A DNA stretch of 42,852 nt from Pseudomonadota bacterium (GTDB taxonomy: Bacteria; Pseudomonadota; Alphaproteobacteria; MED-G09). Made by a program: the position numbers and the translations under genes. Where the stretch lies: NCBI GenBank assembly GCA_036163815.1, contig JAYZKD010000032.1, forward strand, positions 1 to 42,852. The letters run 5' to 3'. Positions 1 to 10,359 of the stretch are shown piece after piece; the stretch's first letter is position 1; every line of letters starts with the position of its first letter. Below the pieces are notes generated by a model. It searched no databases. It had not been told where the DNA came from and saw only the letters and a program-made list of their open reading frames with translations.

Positions 1-220
1 CAGAAAATTCTTTTATAGATTGTTCAAAATCATTTTTGTTCGTGACATCAAGTTTTCTACTAATTAAATTTTTTGAATTTATTTCTTTTGATAAAATTTC
101 CAAATTTTCTTCATTAATATCATAACATCCAACCGACCAACCTTTATCAATAAAGAATTTAACGGTAGCCTTTCCCATGCCACTGGCTCCACCTGTTATG
201 AACATAAACTTATCAGACAT
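1..220 (-). CDS. Short-chain dehydrogenase/reductase (SDR), N-terminal part; runs off the window start
   Basis: Manual translation from ATG at 220: MSDKFMFITGGASGMGKATVKFFIDKGWSVGCYDINEENL...KLDVT. Classical TGxxxGxG motif; AGGA RBS upstream. Not in the ORF track. Confidence 0.85.
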   Translation of the reverse strand, partial: MSDKFMFITGGASGMGKATVKFFIDKGWSVGCYDINEENLEILSKEINSKNLISRKLDVTNKNDFEQSIKEFS

Positions 221-238
221 AATTTTTCCTTTCAAAAC

Positions 239-1081
239 TTAACGGATTAAATCTAACCCAATATCAAGAGATGGGGAAGAGTGCGTTAACCATCCAGAGG
301 AAATATAATCAACACCTGTTTCAGCAATTTTTAATATATTATTTGAATTTACTCCCCCTGATGCCTCAAGCTTTACTCCATTTAAATTAATTTTAACTGC
401 TTTTTTTAAGTCTTTTATTTTGAAATTATCGAGCATCACAACATCTGGAGAGTGTTCAAGCGCTTCTTTAAATTGATTCAAATTATCAACTTCGATCTCA
501 ATTTTGGTTTTATTTTTAATCTTTTTAACTCTCTTTAAAGCCTTTGATATGGATCCTGATATAGCTATATGGTTATCTTTGATTAATATTGCATCATACA
601 GACCAAATCTATGATTATAGCCTCCACCTTTTAGGATGGCATATTTCTCTAAAAATCTTAAATTTGGCGTTGTTTTTCTAGTACATAATATTTTAGATTG
701 TGTTTTAGAAATTAATTTTACCATTCTAGATGTTGAAGTTGATATTCCTGAAAGATGAGTTAAAAAATTTAGAGCTGTTCTCTCTCCCGCAAGCAGATCA
801 ATTGCAGGACCTTCAATTCTAGCTAGAATTTCTTTTTTATGGATTGTCTCACCATCTTTTTTTAGTTTAGTGAATTTAATTTTATCATTAATAACTTCAT
901 ATACTTTTTTAGAAACATCGATGCCACATAAAATACCTTTTTCTCTAGAAACAAAATGGAAAATTGCTTTATCATTCTTTAGAAGAACATTTTTACTAGT
1001 AATGTCTCCTAATTTCCCGAGATCTTCTTTTAATGCCGATTGAACAATTTTTTTTAATTGTGAATGATTTATTGCGTTCAT
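239..1081 (-). CDS. nadC: Nicotinate-nucleotide diphosphorylase (carboxylating), quinolinate phosphoribosyltransferase
   Basis: Motifs TRKTTP, HRFGLYDAILIKDNH, EIEVD, MLDNF, EASGG; ATGA overlap with nadA. Confidence 0.97.
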   Translation of the reverse strand: MNAINHSQLKKIVQSALKEDLGKLGDITSKNVLLKNDKAIFHFVSREKGILCGIDVSKKVYEVINDKIKFTKLKKDGETIHKKEILARIEGPAIDLLAGERTALNFLTHLSGISTSTSRMVKLISKTQSKILCTRKTTPNLRFLEKYAILKGGGYNHRFGLYDAILIKDNHIAISGSISKALKRVKKIKNKTKIEIEVDNLNQFKEALEHSPDVVMLDNFKIKDLKKAVKINLNGVKLEASGGVNSNNILKIAETGVDYISSGWLTHSSPSLDIGLDLIR

Positions 1082-2127
1082 AAATTTATCATTCTATTAA
1101 CTGAATCAAGGGCTCTTTCAGCTATTTTTTCATCGATAAGAACCTCATTTTGTTCATACCATAATGATTCAAGTATATTTTTTAAGGATATCTCCTTCAT
1201 GTGAGGGCAAAGATTACAAGGCCTTACAAAATTCACATTCGGAGTTTCTACGGAAACATTATCGCTCATCGAACATTCAGTTACCATTAGAACTTTTTTA
1301 GGTTGGTTTACTTTTACCCAATTAATCATTGCTGAAGTAGAACCTGAGAAGTCAGCCTCATCAACAACTTCAGGGGAGCATTCTGGATGCGCAATTACTT
1401 TTACGCCTGGTTCGTTTTCACGAAATTCTTTAATTTCATCAACAGTAAATTCTTCATGGACTTCGCATCTCCCTTTCCACATTATAATTTCTTTTTTTGT
1501 TTCTTTGGCTACATTTAAAGCAAGGTACTCATCAGGTATAAAAATAACTTTATTAGTATTTAAAGAGTTAACTACTTGAGCTGCATTTGATGATGTACAG
1601 CAAATATCTGACTCAGCTTTAACTTCTGCAGAAGTATTTACATAGGTAACAACAGGAATATCTGGATTCTCTTTTTTTAATTGAATAACATCATCTCCTG
1701 TTATTGATGATGCCAATGAACAGCCGGCATCTAAACTAGGAATTAAAACCTTTTTATTCATATTTAATAATTTTGATGTTTCGGCCATAAAATGAACGCC
1801 GCATTGTAATATAATTTCGCTATCTACTTTAGTAGCTTCTTTTGCTAATTGAAGCGAGTCTCCTCTAACATCACTAATGCAGTGAAAAATTTCTGGGGTT
1901 TGATAATTATGAGCAAGGATAGAAGCGTTCTTTTCTTTTTTAAGGACATTAATGGCTTCAATATATGGAGCCATAAGTGGCCATTCAATTTTTGGAATTA
2001 CTCTAGAAACTTTTTCATAAAGAGAGTTAGTTCTGCTTTCAAGACTATTATTCCATGAAATATTCATTTCTTCTAAGATATTTGAAGAAAAATGCTCAGG
2101 TTCATTATCGAGTAGTGATTTATCCAT
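1078..2127 (-). CDS. nadA: Quinolinate synthase
   Basis: ILAHNYQ, GDSLQLA, CGVHFMAE, AGCSLA, YVNTSA, AHPEC, CNLCPHM; the three cluster-binding cysteines are present. Confidence 0.97.
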   Translation of the reverse strand: MDKSLLDNEPEHFSSNILEEMNISWNNSLESRTNSLYEKVSRVIPKIEWPLMAPYIEAINVLKKEKNASILAHNYQTPEIFHCISDVRGDSLQLAKEATKVDSEIILQCGVHFMAETSKLLNMNKKVLIPSLDAGCSLASSITGDDVIQLKKENPDIPVVTYVNTSAEVKAESDICCTSSNAAQVVNSLNTNKVIFIPDEYLALNVAKETKKEIIMWKGRCEVHEEFTVDEIKEFRENEPGVKVIAHPECSPEVVDEADFSGSTSAMINWVKVNQPKKVLMVTECSMSDNVSVETPNVNFVRPCNLCPHMKEISLKNILESLWYEQNEVLIDEKIAERALDSVNRMINL

Positions 2128-2204
2128 AATATCAACTAACCTATTATCCTTAATTTTTGGTATTTAAAGACATTATTTTTTAAATAGTCAAAGAAAAATG
2201 AAAA

Positions 2205-3329
2205 TTAAGATATTTTCTTGAGAATTACGCTTCCAGCTGAATATCCGGCTCCAAAAGAACATAAGACCCCAATTTCATCCTTTTTCATATCTTCGCTGTA
2301 TAAAGAGAAAGCTATAATAGAGCCTGCTGAAGAGGTATTTGCATAATCCTGCAATATATTTGGTTGTTCATGATCCTCTGGGACTCTACCTAAAACTTTC
2401 TTTCCAATAAAATCATTCATACTTTTATTAGCTTGGTGAAGCCATAATCTTTTTATTTCATCAATTTTAATTTCTTCTTCTTCAATGTGATCAGTAATAA
2501 GTTGACTAACCATCGGAACAACTTCTTTAAAGACTTTTCTGCCTTCCTGCATAAACAAAAGATCTCTATCAAAAGGGGTAGATTTTTTAGCATTATTCAA
2601 GAATCCAAAATTATTTCTTATATTATTTGAAAATTGAGTAATACATTTTGTTGAAAGTATTTCAAAAGAATTACTTGATTTAGCTGTTTCATTTTTTTCA
2701 AGTATCATAGCGGTGCAAACATCCCCAAAGATAAAATGGCAATCACGATCTTTAAAATCTAGATGTCCTGAACAAATTTCAGGATCTACTATTAAAATAG
2801 TTTTAGCACTTCCTGATCTGATCATATCTGCAGCAGCTTGCACTCCGAAAGTAGCTGAAGAGCAGGCTACATTCATATCAAAAGCGAAACCTTTAATTCC
2901 TAATAGTTCTTGAACTTCTATAGAGACAGCAGGATATGCTCTTTCAAGGTTTGAGCATGCAGTGATAACCGCATCAATATCATTAGATGTTTTCCCAGCC
3001 TTTTCCATAGCTTTTTTTGCTGCTTTTACGGCCATTTCGGCAAGAATTGAAGGTTCGTCATTGCTTCTTTTTTCTAAAACTGGATGCATAATGTTAGGAT
3101 CAAGAATACCCTTCTTATCCATTACATACCTGTTTTTAATTCCTGATGCATTATAAATAAATTCTTCATTTGATAATTCTAGAGCAACTTTCTTTCCTTG
3201 GTCTATATCATCTTTATTAGCTAAATTATAATTTTCAACATATGTATTATATGCCTTTACCAATTCTGTATTTGTTATTGACTCTTCTGGTGTAAAAACA
3301 CCTGTACCGCTGATTACAATTTGTTCCAT
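2205..3329 (-). CDS. Long-form beta-ketoacyl-ACP synthase III (FabH-like, PA3286-type)
   Basis: Cys-His-Asn triad (DMNVACSSA, WLHQAN, YANTSSAG), SFGAGYS, long N-terminal insertion. ATG at 3329 preferred over TTG at 3338. Confidence 0.88.
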   Translation of the reverse strand: MEQIVISGTGVFTPEESITNTELVKAYNTYVENYNLANKDDIDQGKKVALELSNEEFIYNASGIKNRYVMDKKGILDPNIMHPVLEKRSNDEPSILAEMAVKAAKKAMEKAGKTSNDIDAVITACSNLERAYPAVSIEVQELLGIKGFAFDMNVACSSATFGVQAAADMIRSGSAKTILIVDPEICSGHLDFKDRDCHFIFGDVCTAMILEKNETAKSSNSFEILSTKCITQFSNNIRNNFGFLNNAKKSTPFDRDLLFMQEGRKVFKEVVPMVSQLITDHIEEEEIKIDEIKRLWLHQANKSMNDFIGKKVLGRVPEDHEQPNILQDYANTSSAGSIIAFSLYSEDMKKDEIGVLCSFGAGYSAGSVILKKIS

Positions 3330-3355
3330 TTTTCCCAAAAAATAATAACATAAAT

Positions 3356-3952
3356 TTACTTTATGTTAATCTTTTTGCATTTTAAATAATGAGGACATGA
3401 TGTTAAGTGATCATTAACCATCCCTGTAGCCTGCATAAAGGAATATATTATTACTGGCCCGCAAAATTTAAATCCTAGATTTTTTAATTTTTTAGAAATT
3501 GTTATTGATATGTCTGTTTGAGCTGGGATTTCTCCTAATTCTTTTCTAGAGCTATCAAGAGGTTGAAAATTTATATGTTCCCAAAAAAAATCTGAAAAAC
3601 TTTGATTTTTTTTAAATTTTTTTTCAACAATATTAGCGCTATTAATTGTAGATAAAATTTTTAAACGATTCCTGATAATCCCGTTATTATTCATCAATTG
3701 CGATATCTTCTTGTTGCTATATTTACTGATAGTTTTTGGATTAAAGTTATCAAAAGCCAATCTAAAATTATTTCTTTTATTTAAAATAGTTACCCAGCTT
3801 AATCCTGCTTGAAAACCCTCAAGAATTAGCATTTCAAATAGTTTTTTATCATTAAATTCTGGAATTCCCCATTCTGTATCATGATAATCCTTATATATAT
3901 TGCTTGAATTAGACCAATTACAATAACCAATTCTTTCATCTGAAATATTCAT
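3356..3952 (-). CDS. tag: DNA-3-methyladenine glycosylase I
   Basis: RIGYCNW, YHDTEWG, LEGFQAGLSW, RNRLKI, GMVNDHLTSC Zn ligands. Confidence 0.95.
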   Translation of the reverse strand: MNISDERIGYCNWSNSSNIYKDYHDTEWGIPEFNDKKLFEMLILEGFQAGLSWVTILNKRNNFRLAFDNFNPKTISKYSNKKISQLMNNNGIIRNRLKILSTINSANIVEKKFKKNQSFSDFFWEHINFQPLDSSRKELGEIPAQTDISITISKKLKNLGFKFCGPVIIYSFMQATGMVNDHLTSCPHYLKCKKINIK

Positions 3953-4756
3953 CTATTTTTTATGAAAATTGAAATTTATTTCACATGAATCCTTATTGAT
4001 AAAGATTTGATCAGGATCTTTTTGCACAAATGGAATACTGTCAACTTTTAAAAGGGCAATTCCATCTAAATTAACAGTTTTTAAGATTTGACCAATATTT
4101 TTATCATTAAAGAAAATCTTCTGGCCTATTTCTAGGTTTTTTTCTGATTGGAATGAAAACACTCTCTTCTTTGCTTTACCTTTTCTATACATTCGGGAGG
4201 TAACTTCTTGTCCGATAAAACAACCTTTATCAAATGAAATAGTATTTAAATTATCATAATTTAATTCCATTGGAAAAAATTCCTCAGAAGAAACATCTTC
4301 ACCTTGCTCAATTATGCATGAATGGATTTTTTTAATTTCGTAGAATTTTAAATCTTCTTTTCTCTCACCTTCTTTTTCTCTTATTCCTCTCCAACCTAGA
4401 TTACTATTTCTAGGATCCAGCCACATATCATCAAAAATCTTTTCATCAGATGAAATTACCTCAAGATCTTCTCTATTTTTAATTATTATATCTGACATAA
4501 GTTTATAAAATTCTATTTTATTTTTAAATTCATCTGCAGAAGTATTATGAATATCTATCAAGAAGCCGTTTTTAATTTTATATAAAAAGAAATGATAAAG
4601 GAGTTTTCCTTGGGGCGTTAATAAGCAACTAGAAAATAATTTAGTGTTAGAATTTTCTAAATCAATTGTTACTATTGATTGTAAGAAATCTAATGAATCT
4701 TTCCCTGTAATGGAAATTATTGCTCTATTATTTAGTTGTATAATTTTATTATTCAT
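3953..4756 (-). CDS. ygfZ: Folate-binding Fe-S cluster repair / tRNA-modification protein YgfZ
   Basis: Signature KGCFIGQE; LLTPQGK; stop abuts the tag start (TAGATG). Confidence 0.92.
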   Translation of the reverse strand: MNNKIIQLNNRAIISITGKDSLDFLQSIVTIDLENSNTKLFSSCLLTPQGKLLYHFFLYKIKNGFLIDIHNTSADEFKNKIEFYKLMSDIIIKNREDLEVISSDEKIFDDMWLDPRNSNLGWRGIREKEGERKEDLKFYEIKKIHSCIIEQGEDVSSEEFFPMELNYDNLNTISFDKGCFIGQEVTSRMYRKGKAKKRVFSFQSEKNLEIGQKIFFNDKNIGQILKTVNLDGIALLKVDSIPFVQKDPDQIFINKDSCEINFNFHKK

Positions 4757-4818
4757 AAAGATTTATGTTTTATTTAAGTGTTATTATATTATTATAATTA
4801 AATAGGATTACCGATACA

Positions 4819-6129
4819 ATGTCATTCGATATCATCTTTAAAAATGCTAATATAACTAATGATACCTCGTCATTTACTTCTGATATTGGCATTAAATCAG
4901 GAAAAATATCTGAAATAGGGGATTTAGCTAATTCTTCAGATAATATTATTGAATTGGATCATTTAAATTTAATACCGGGAGTAATAGATACTCAGGTACA
5001 TTTTCGAGAACCTGGAGCAGAGCATAAGGAAGATTTAAGTTCTGGAACTAAGGCCGCAATATTAGGTGGAGTAACAGGAGTTTTTGAAATGCCTAATACT
5101 GATCCATCCACTACGAATGTAAGTGCTCTCGAAGATAAATTCACTCGAGCTAAAGATAGATCATACTGCGATTATGCTTTTTATGTTGGCGGGACAGAAG
5201 ATAATAGTGAAATATTACCCGAATTAGAAAAAATTGAAGGATGTTGTGGTGTTAAGGTTTTTATGGGCCTTAGCACAGGTTCTCTGTTGGTATCAGATGA
5301 CAAGGATCTTGAAAAAATTCTATCAAAAATTAACAATAGGGCATCTTTTCATTCTGAAGATCAGTATTTATTAGAAGAGAGAAAGAAATACCAGGTAAAG
5401 GGAGATACTAATTCACACGAAATATGGAGAAATGATGAGCAATGCTTTATAGCCACTCAAAGACTTCTAAAGTTAGCAAGAAAAAATAAAAAAAATGTCC
5501 ATGTTCTTCATGTTTCAACTGCCCAAGAAATAGATTTACTATCTAAGAATAAAGATATTGCTTCAGTCGAAATTACACCTCAGCATTTAACATTACTAGC
5601 GCCTAACTGCTATCAGGAATTAGGTAATTATGCACAAATGAATCCTCCAATTCGAGGAATAAATCATCAGAAAAAATTATGGGAAGCAATAAATAACGGT
5701 GTAGCAGATATAATTGGTTCAGATCATGCTCCACATTCTCGAGAAGAAAAGGATCAAGAGTACCCTAATTCACCTTCAGGTATGCCTGGGGTTCAAACTT
5801 TGGTTCCAATTATGTTAAATCATATTAACGAAGGAAGGCTATCGTTAAATAGATTTGTTGAACTAACAAGTTCAAATCCAGCAAGACTTTTTGGTATTAA
5901 GAATAAGGGTAGTATTGAAGTTGGAAACGATGCAGATTTTACAATTATAGATATGCAAAAAGAACAAACAATTGAAGATAGTTGGATAAATAGTAAATGT
6001 GGGTGGACACCATATAATGGAATGAAGGTAAAAGGTTGGCCAATTATGACTGTTATTAGAGGAGAAATAGTTATGAGAGAAGGGGAAGTAACTGAACCAA
6101 TCGGCAAACCAATGAATTTTTATAGATAA
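4819..6129 (+). CDS. pyrC: Dihydroorotase (amidohydrolase family, DxQVH subtype)
   Basis: DTQVHFREPG, EMPNT, GVKVFMG, FHSED, QMNPPIR, GSDHAPH, SGMPGVQT. Confidence 0.85.
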   Translation: MSFDIIFKNANITNDTSSFTSDIGIKSGKISEIGDLANSSDNIIELDHLNLIPGVIDTQVHFREPGAEHKEDLSSGTKAAILGGVTGVFEMPNTDPSTTNVSALEDKFTRAKDRSYCDYAFYVGGTEDNSEILPELEKIEGCCGVKVFMGLSTGSLLVSDDKDLEKILSKINNRASFHSEDQYLLEERKKYQVKGDTNSHEIWRNDEQCFIATQRLLKLARKNKKNVHVLHVSTAQEIDLLSKNKDIASVEITPQHLTLLAPNCYQELGNYAQMNPPIRGINHQKKLWEAINNGVADIIGSDHAPHSREEKDQEYPNSPSGMPGVQTLVPIMLNHINEGRLSLNRFVELTSSNPARLFGIKNKGSIEVGNDADFTIIDMQKEQTIEDSWINSKCGWTPYNGMKVKGWPIMTVIRGEIVMREGEVTEPIGKPMNFYR

Positions 6130-6144
6130 GTATAAGGAGGAAAA

Positions 6145-7140
6145 ATGTCTGATAATTTTAAAGCCCTCATGATTGATAAAACTGATGATAAACAGACCAT
6201 TAGCATTGTTAATCTTGATGAAAGTGAATTAATGGAAGGTAATGTTGTTGTTGATGTTACCCATTCAACTTTAAATTATAAAGATGGTTTAGCTATAACA
6301 GGATCATCTCCAATTGTAAGGAATTTTCCTATGATTCCAGGCATTGATTTTAGTGGTATCGTAAGATCATCTGAGGATAAAAAATTTTCTGAAGGTGATA
6401 GAGTAGTTTTAAATGGTTACGGTTTATCTGAAAATCATTTTGGTGGGTATTCTGAAAGAGCAAGGGTAAATTCTAATCATTTACTAAAGTTACCAGAAAA
6501 TATAAGTAATAAACAAGCTATGGCAATTGGTACAGCGGGTTATACGGCAATGCTTTGTGTTTTAGCAATAGAAGATTATGGAATCAAACCAGAAGATGGC
6601 AGTATACTTGTTTCTGGAGCTTCTGGAGGCGTTGGTTCAGTTGCAATATCCTTGCTATCGGATCTTGGTTATGAAGTTGAGGCATCTACAGGAAAGATTG
6701 ATGAATCTGATTATTTAAAGTCTTTAGGCGCAAAATCAATAATAGATAGAACGGAGCTATCCGAGCCCTCCAAACCACTTGGAAAAGAAAGATGGGCTGG
6801 TGCCATTGATTCAGTTGGGAGTCAAACCTTGGTGAATATACTTGCTCAAACTTCATATGGCGGAGGTGTTGCAGCATGTGGTCTTGCGCAAGGAATGGAT
6901 TTACCTTCAACTGTGATGCCGTTTATTCTTAGAAATGTAGCCTTGCTTGGAGTTGATTCAGTAATGGCTCCAATGAACAAGAGAGAAAGAGCTTGGGAAA
7001 GGTTAAGTTCTGATATCAATATAAAAAAACTTGAAGAAATGATTGTTGATACAACTATAGATCAAGTCGAGGACTTTGCAGAAGAAATTCTTAAAGGCAA
7101 AATAAAAGGTAGAGTTGTAGTTAATATTTCAGAAAATTAA
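6145..7140 (+). CDS. acuI: Acryloyl-CoA reductase AcuI/YhdH (MDR family)
   Basis: STLNYKDGLA, PGIDFSG, GTAGYTAMLC, SGASGGVGS, PFILRNVALLGVDSV; AGGAGG RBS. Confidence 0.88.
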   Translation: MSDNFKALMIDKTDDKQTISIVNLDESELMEGNVVVDVTHSTLNYKDGLAITGSSPIVRNFPMIPGIDFSGIVRSSEDKKFSEGDRVVLNGYGLSENHFGGYSERARVNSNHLLKLPENISNKQAMAIGTAGYTAMLCVLAIEDYGIKPEDGSILVSGASGGVGSVAISLLSDLGYEVEASTGKIDESDYLKSLGAKSIIDRTELSEPSKPLGKERWAGAIDSVGSQTLVNILAQTSYGGGVAACGLAQGMDLPSTVMPFILRNVALLGVDSVMAPMNKRERAWERLSSDINIKKLEEMIVDTTIDQVEDFAEEILKGKIKGRVVVNISEN

Positions 7141-7148
7141 ATAATTAT

Positions 7149-8501
7149 TTAGGTTCTAGATTCTTTCAATTTTTCTGAAATTAAAAAAGCTAAATCAAGT
7201 GCTTGATTAGCATTAAGTCTAGGATCACAATGAGTATGATATCTGTCTGTTAAATCTTCTTCTAAGATTTCTTGAGTGCCACCCAAACATTCTGTAACAT
7301 TTTGACCAGTCATTTCGAAATGAACTCCCCCAGCGTAAGTTCCTTCGGCTTTATGGATATCAATAAATTGTTTTACTTCGCTTAATATACTGTCAAGAGG
7401 TCTAGTTTTATATCCATTAGAAGCCTTAATAGTATTTCCGTGCATAGGATCACATGACCAAACTATATTTCTACCTTCTGATTTAATTTTCTTTAAAAGT
7501 TTTGGAAGGTTTTCATTGATATTATTTGCTCCATACCTTGTTATTAAAGTTAATCTTCCTTCATCATTATTTGGGTTAATAATGTCAATTAGTTTAAGTA
7601 GTTCATCAGCCTCTAAAGAAGGGCCACATTTTAAACCAATGGGATTATTAATTCCTCTAACAAATTCTATATGCGCACCATCAGGTTGACGTGTTCTATC
7701 TCCAATCCATAGCATATGAGCGGAAGTGTCATACCATTCGCCAGAAGTAGAATCTATCCTTGTTAAACTCTCTTCATAACCTAATAATAAGGACTCATGA
7801 CTTGTATAGAAATCTACTGATCTTAGTTCTGAAGTAGTATCTGAATTAATCCCTACAGCATCCATAAAGTTTAAAGTTTCAGAAATTCTGTTAGCTAAAG
7901 CTTCATATTGCTCACCTTGTTTACTTTCTTTAACAAAACTCATATTCCATCTATGAACATGATCAAGGTTTGCATAACCTCCCTGTGCGAATGCTCTTAA
8001 TAGATTTAAAGTTGATGCGGCTTGCCTGTAAGCCATTATCTGCCTTTCAGGATCAGGCATTCTTAAATCTTCTTCAAACTCAATCCCATTAACTATATCA
8101 CCTCTATAGCTTGGCAGATCTATATCACCTTTATTTTCAAATGGTTCAGATCTTGGTTTAGCAAACTGACCAGCAATTCTTCCAACTTTTATAATTGGGC
8201 AACCTGCACCAAAAGTTAAAATTATTGCCATCTGAAGTATAACTCTAAAAGTATCACGAATATTATCGGGATGATGCTCAGCAAAACTCTCAGCGCAATC
8301 TCCACCTTGAAGTAAAAAAGCTTCTCCTCTTGATACTTTAGCTAGATTTTCCTTGAGTCTTCTTGCCTCTCCAGCAAATACAAGAGGGGGATACGAAGAT
8401 AATCTGTCTTCAACCTTTTTTAATTTTGTAAGATCATCATACTCAGGAACCTGAATAACAGGTTTCTTTCTCCAGCTATCTTTTGACCATTTTTTAGTCA
8501 C
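7149..8501 (-). CDS. Class II 3-deoxy-D-arabino-heptulosonate 7-phosphate (DAHP) synthase
   Basis: [48 protein letters not shown] at 8501 follows a GGAGG RBS, so the TTG at 8513 is unlikely to be the start. Confidence 0.95.
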   Translation of the reverse strand: MTKKWSKDSWRKKPVIQVPEYDDLTKLKKVEDRLSSYPPLVFAGEARRLKENLAKVSRGEAFLLQGGDCAESFAEHHPDNIRDTFRVILQMAIILTFGAGCPIIKVGRIAGQFAKPRSEPFENKGDIDLPSYRGDIVNGIEFEEDLRMPDPERQIMAYRQAASTLNLLRAFAQGGYANLDHVHRWNMSFVKESKQGEQYEALANRISETLNFMDAVGINSDTTSELRSVDFYTSHESLLLGYEESLTRIDSTSGEWYDTSAHMLWIGDRTRQPDGAHIEFVRGINNPIGLKCGPSLEADELLKLIDIINPNNDEGRLTLITRYGANNINENLPKLLKKIKSEGRNIVWSCDPMHGNTIKASNGYKTRPLDSILSEVKQFIDIHKAEGTYAGGVHFEMTGQNVTECLGGTQEILEEDLTDRYHTHCDPRLNANQALDLAFLISEKLKESRT

Positions 8502-8600
8502 ATATACCTCCAAATTGCAGAAAAATGGTTATAGAGCATTAATTTGTTCATTAACAGTAATTTATTAAAATTTATTTTTCTTAGTTTTATTACTAATTTA

Positions 8601-8637
8601 TTAACAGATTTTAACATTTCATTAATCTTTTCTTAAC
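8601..8637 (+). promoter_or_regulatory. Helically phased TTAA(C) repeats, including TTAA-N7-TTAA-N7-TTAAC (CtrA/OmpR-family box-like)
   Basis: TTAA at 8601, 8611, 8622 and 8633 in the divergent intergenic region. Confidence 0.4.
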
Positions 8638-8673
8638 TTTTTGTCTGATATTTTCAATAAAAAGGAGAAAATA

Positions 8674-9024
8674 ATGAGAAAAGATATAACAATATTTTTT
8701 GTAGTATGGATTATGTTTTTTATTCCCTTACAATCAAAAGATTTTGATAATGACGAGTTTAATTTCTTTAATATTCACACTAGATTTGAAAAGGAGATCA
8801 GCAAAGAAGAAACTGCCGAGTTAAAAAAAGAATTTAAAGTTTACTTAAACAGCGCAAAAAAGGAACTCAATAAGAAATTTTCTAAGGAAGAGCTAGCAAT
8901 AGCCAAGCAAGTAAATGAGTCCAGAAAAGAACTCTATAGTCAAATTAAGAAGAAATTCACATATAAAGAGCTACAAGCATTGAAGCATGCACATTTACAA
9001 GGTAAGCGTAATCGTAAATTTTAA
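8674..9024 (+). CDS. Hypothetical secreted, Lys/Glu-rich helical protein (116 aa)
   Basis: AAGGAG RBS before ATG 8674; signal-peptide-like N-terminus MRKDITIFFVVWIMFFIPLQS; no family recognised. Confidence 0.7.
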   Translation: MRKDITIFFVVWIMFFIPLQSKDFDNDEFNFFNIHTRFEKEISKEETAELKKEFKVYLNSAKKELNKKFSKEELAIAKQVNESRKELYSQIKKKFTYKELQALKHAHLQGKRNRKF

Positions 9025-9081
9025 TATTAAAATAAAAAAATTTTACATTCTACTTGAATTCATATCAACAGAATCATCAAT

Positions 9082-10293
9082 TTATTCGCGATATTTCTTG
9101 AATTCTAACCTTGCTACTGCACGATTATGAACTTCATCTGGACCATCAACTATTCTTAAGGTCCTTGCTCCTGCATATGCTTTTCCAAGTCCAAAATCGG
9201 TAGTAACTCCACCACCACCATGAGCTTGAATTGCGTCGTCAATAATATCTAATAATGTTCTAGGTGCTTTAACTTTAATCATTGCAATTTCAGCTCTAGC
9301 CACCTTATTACCAACTGTATCCATCATATAAGCAGCTTTCATAGTTAAAAGTCTTGAGCATTCAATTTCTATTCTAGCTTTTGCCACCCTTTCTTCCCAT
9401 ACTGAGTGTTCTGCAATTGGCTTTCCAAAAGCTTCTCTTGATAGGAGTCTTTTTGCCATTTTTTCTAATGTTCTTTCCGCTACTCCAATTGCTCGCATGC
9501 AATGATGAATTCTTCCTGGACCTAGTCTTCCTTGTGCTATCTCAAAACCTCTTCCTTCACCTAAGAATAAATTCTCTGCGGGAACTCTTACATTTTCTAA
9601 TTTAACCTCAGAGTGACCATGGGGAGCATCATCAAAACCAAAGACCGGAAGATGTCTAACGATTTCCACTCCAGGTGTATTCATTGGAACAAGAATTTGA
9701 CTTTGTTGTTGATGTCGAGGGGCATCAGGATTTGTTTTCCCCATTACAATTGCTACATCACATCTTGGGTCCATAACACCAGAAGACCACCATTTTCTTC
9801 CATTTATAACGTATTCATCTCCATCTCTTTCAATTTTAGTAGAAATATTCGTAGCATCCGAAGAGGCGACTTCTGGTTCGGTCATAAGGTATGCTGATCT
9901 TATTTTTCCATCAAGAAGGGGCTCAAGCCATTTCTCTTTTAGCTCTTCAGTGCCGTATCTTTCTATTAATTCCATATTGCCAGTATCTGGTGCAGAGCAA
10001 TTAAATACTTCTGATGCCCATCCAACTCTACCCATGATTTCGCATATAGGCGCATATTCGACATTTGTTAATCCGCCGCCTCTTTCAGAATCAGGAAGAA
10101 ACATATTCCATAAACCCTCTTCTTTTGCCTTAACTTTTAAATCTTCCAAAATTTGAGGAATTTGCCATCTATCAGCACCAAAAGCTTCCATTTGTTCATT
10201 ATAAGTAACTTCATTTGGATAAACATGTTTATCCATAAAAGCTTCTACCCTTGCTATTAATTCTTTAGTTTTATCATTATGTTCGAAAATCAT
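9082..10293 (-). CDS. Acyl-CoA dehydrogenase, ACAD10/11 (LvaC-like) subfamily
   Basis: [42 protein letters not shown]-terminal IVDGPDEVH with Asp at the usual catalytic Glu position. Confidence 0.9.
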   Translation of the reverse strand: MIFEHNDKTKELIARVEAFMDKHVYPNEVTYNEQMEAFGADRWQIPQILEDLKVKAKEEGLWNMFLPDSERGGGLTNVEYAPICEIMGRVGWASEVFNCSAPDTGNMELIERYGTEELKEKWLEPLLDGKIRSAYLMTEPEVASSDATNISTKIERDGDEYVINGRKWWSSGVMDPRCDVAIVMGKTNPDAPRHQQQSQILVPMNTPGVEIVRHLPVFGFDDAPHGHSEVKLENVRVPAENLFLGEGRGFEIAQGRLGPGRIHHCMRAIGVAERTLEKMAKRLLSREAFGKPIAEHSVWEERVAKARIEIECSRLLTMKAAYMMDTVGNKVARAEIAMIKVKAPRTLLDIIDDAIQAHGGGGVTTDFGLGKAYAGARTLRIVDGPDEVHNRAVARLEFKKYRE

Positions 10294-10359
10294 ATTGCTC
10301 TCCTGAATTTACTAAATAGTATCGATCTTATATAAGTAATACTAGTTAAAAATAAACAA

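Noticed and set aside
2128-2204. NAD regulator operator upstream of nadA (GACATTATTTTTTAAATAGTC)
   Set aside because: Imperfect, AT-rich and not matching the NadQ or NrtR consensus as I know them; it overlaps a plausible TTGACT -35 instead.
4819-6129. Dihydroorotase has DTQVH instead of DxHxH, suggesting a dead enzyme
   Set aside because: The Gln variant is normal for this subfamily, and the other metal and catalytic residues are intact.
9025-9081. Promoter-like CTTGAA sequence or small RNA between convergent genes
   Set aside because: No convincing -10 element, hairpin or terminator, and the gap is only 57 nt.
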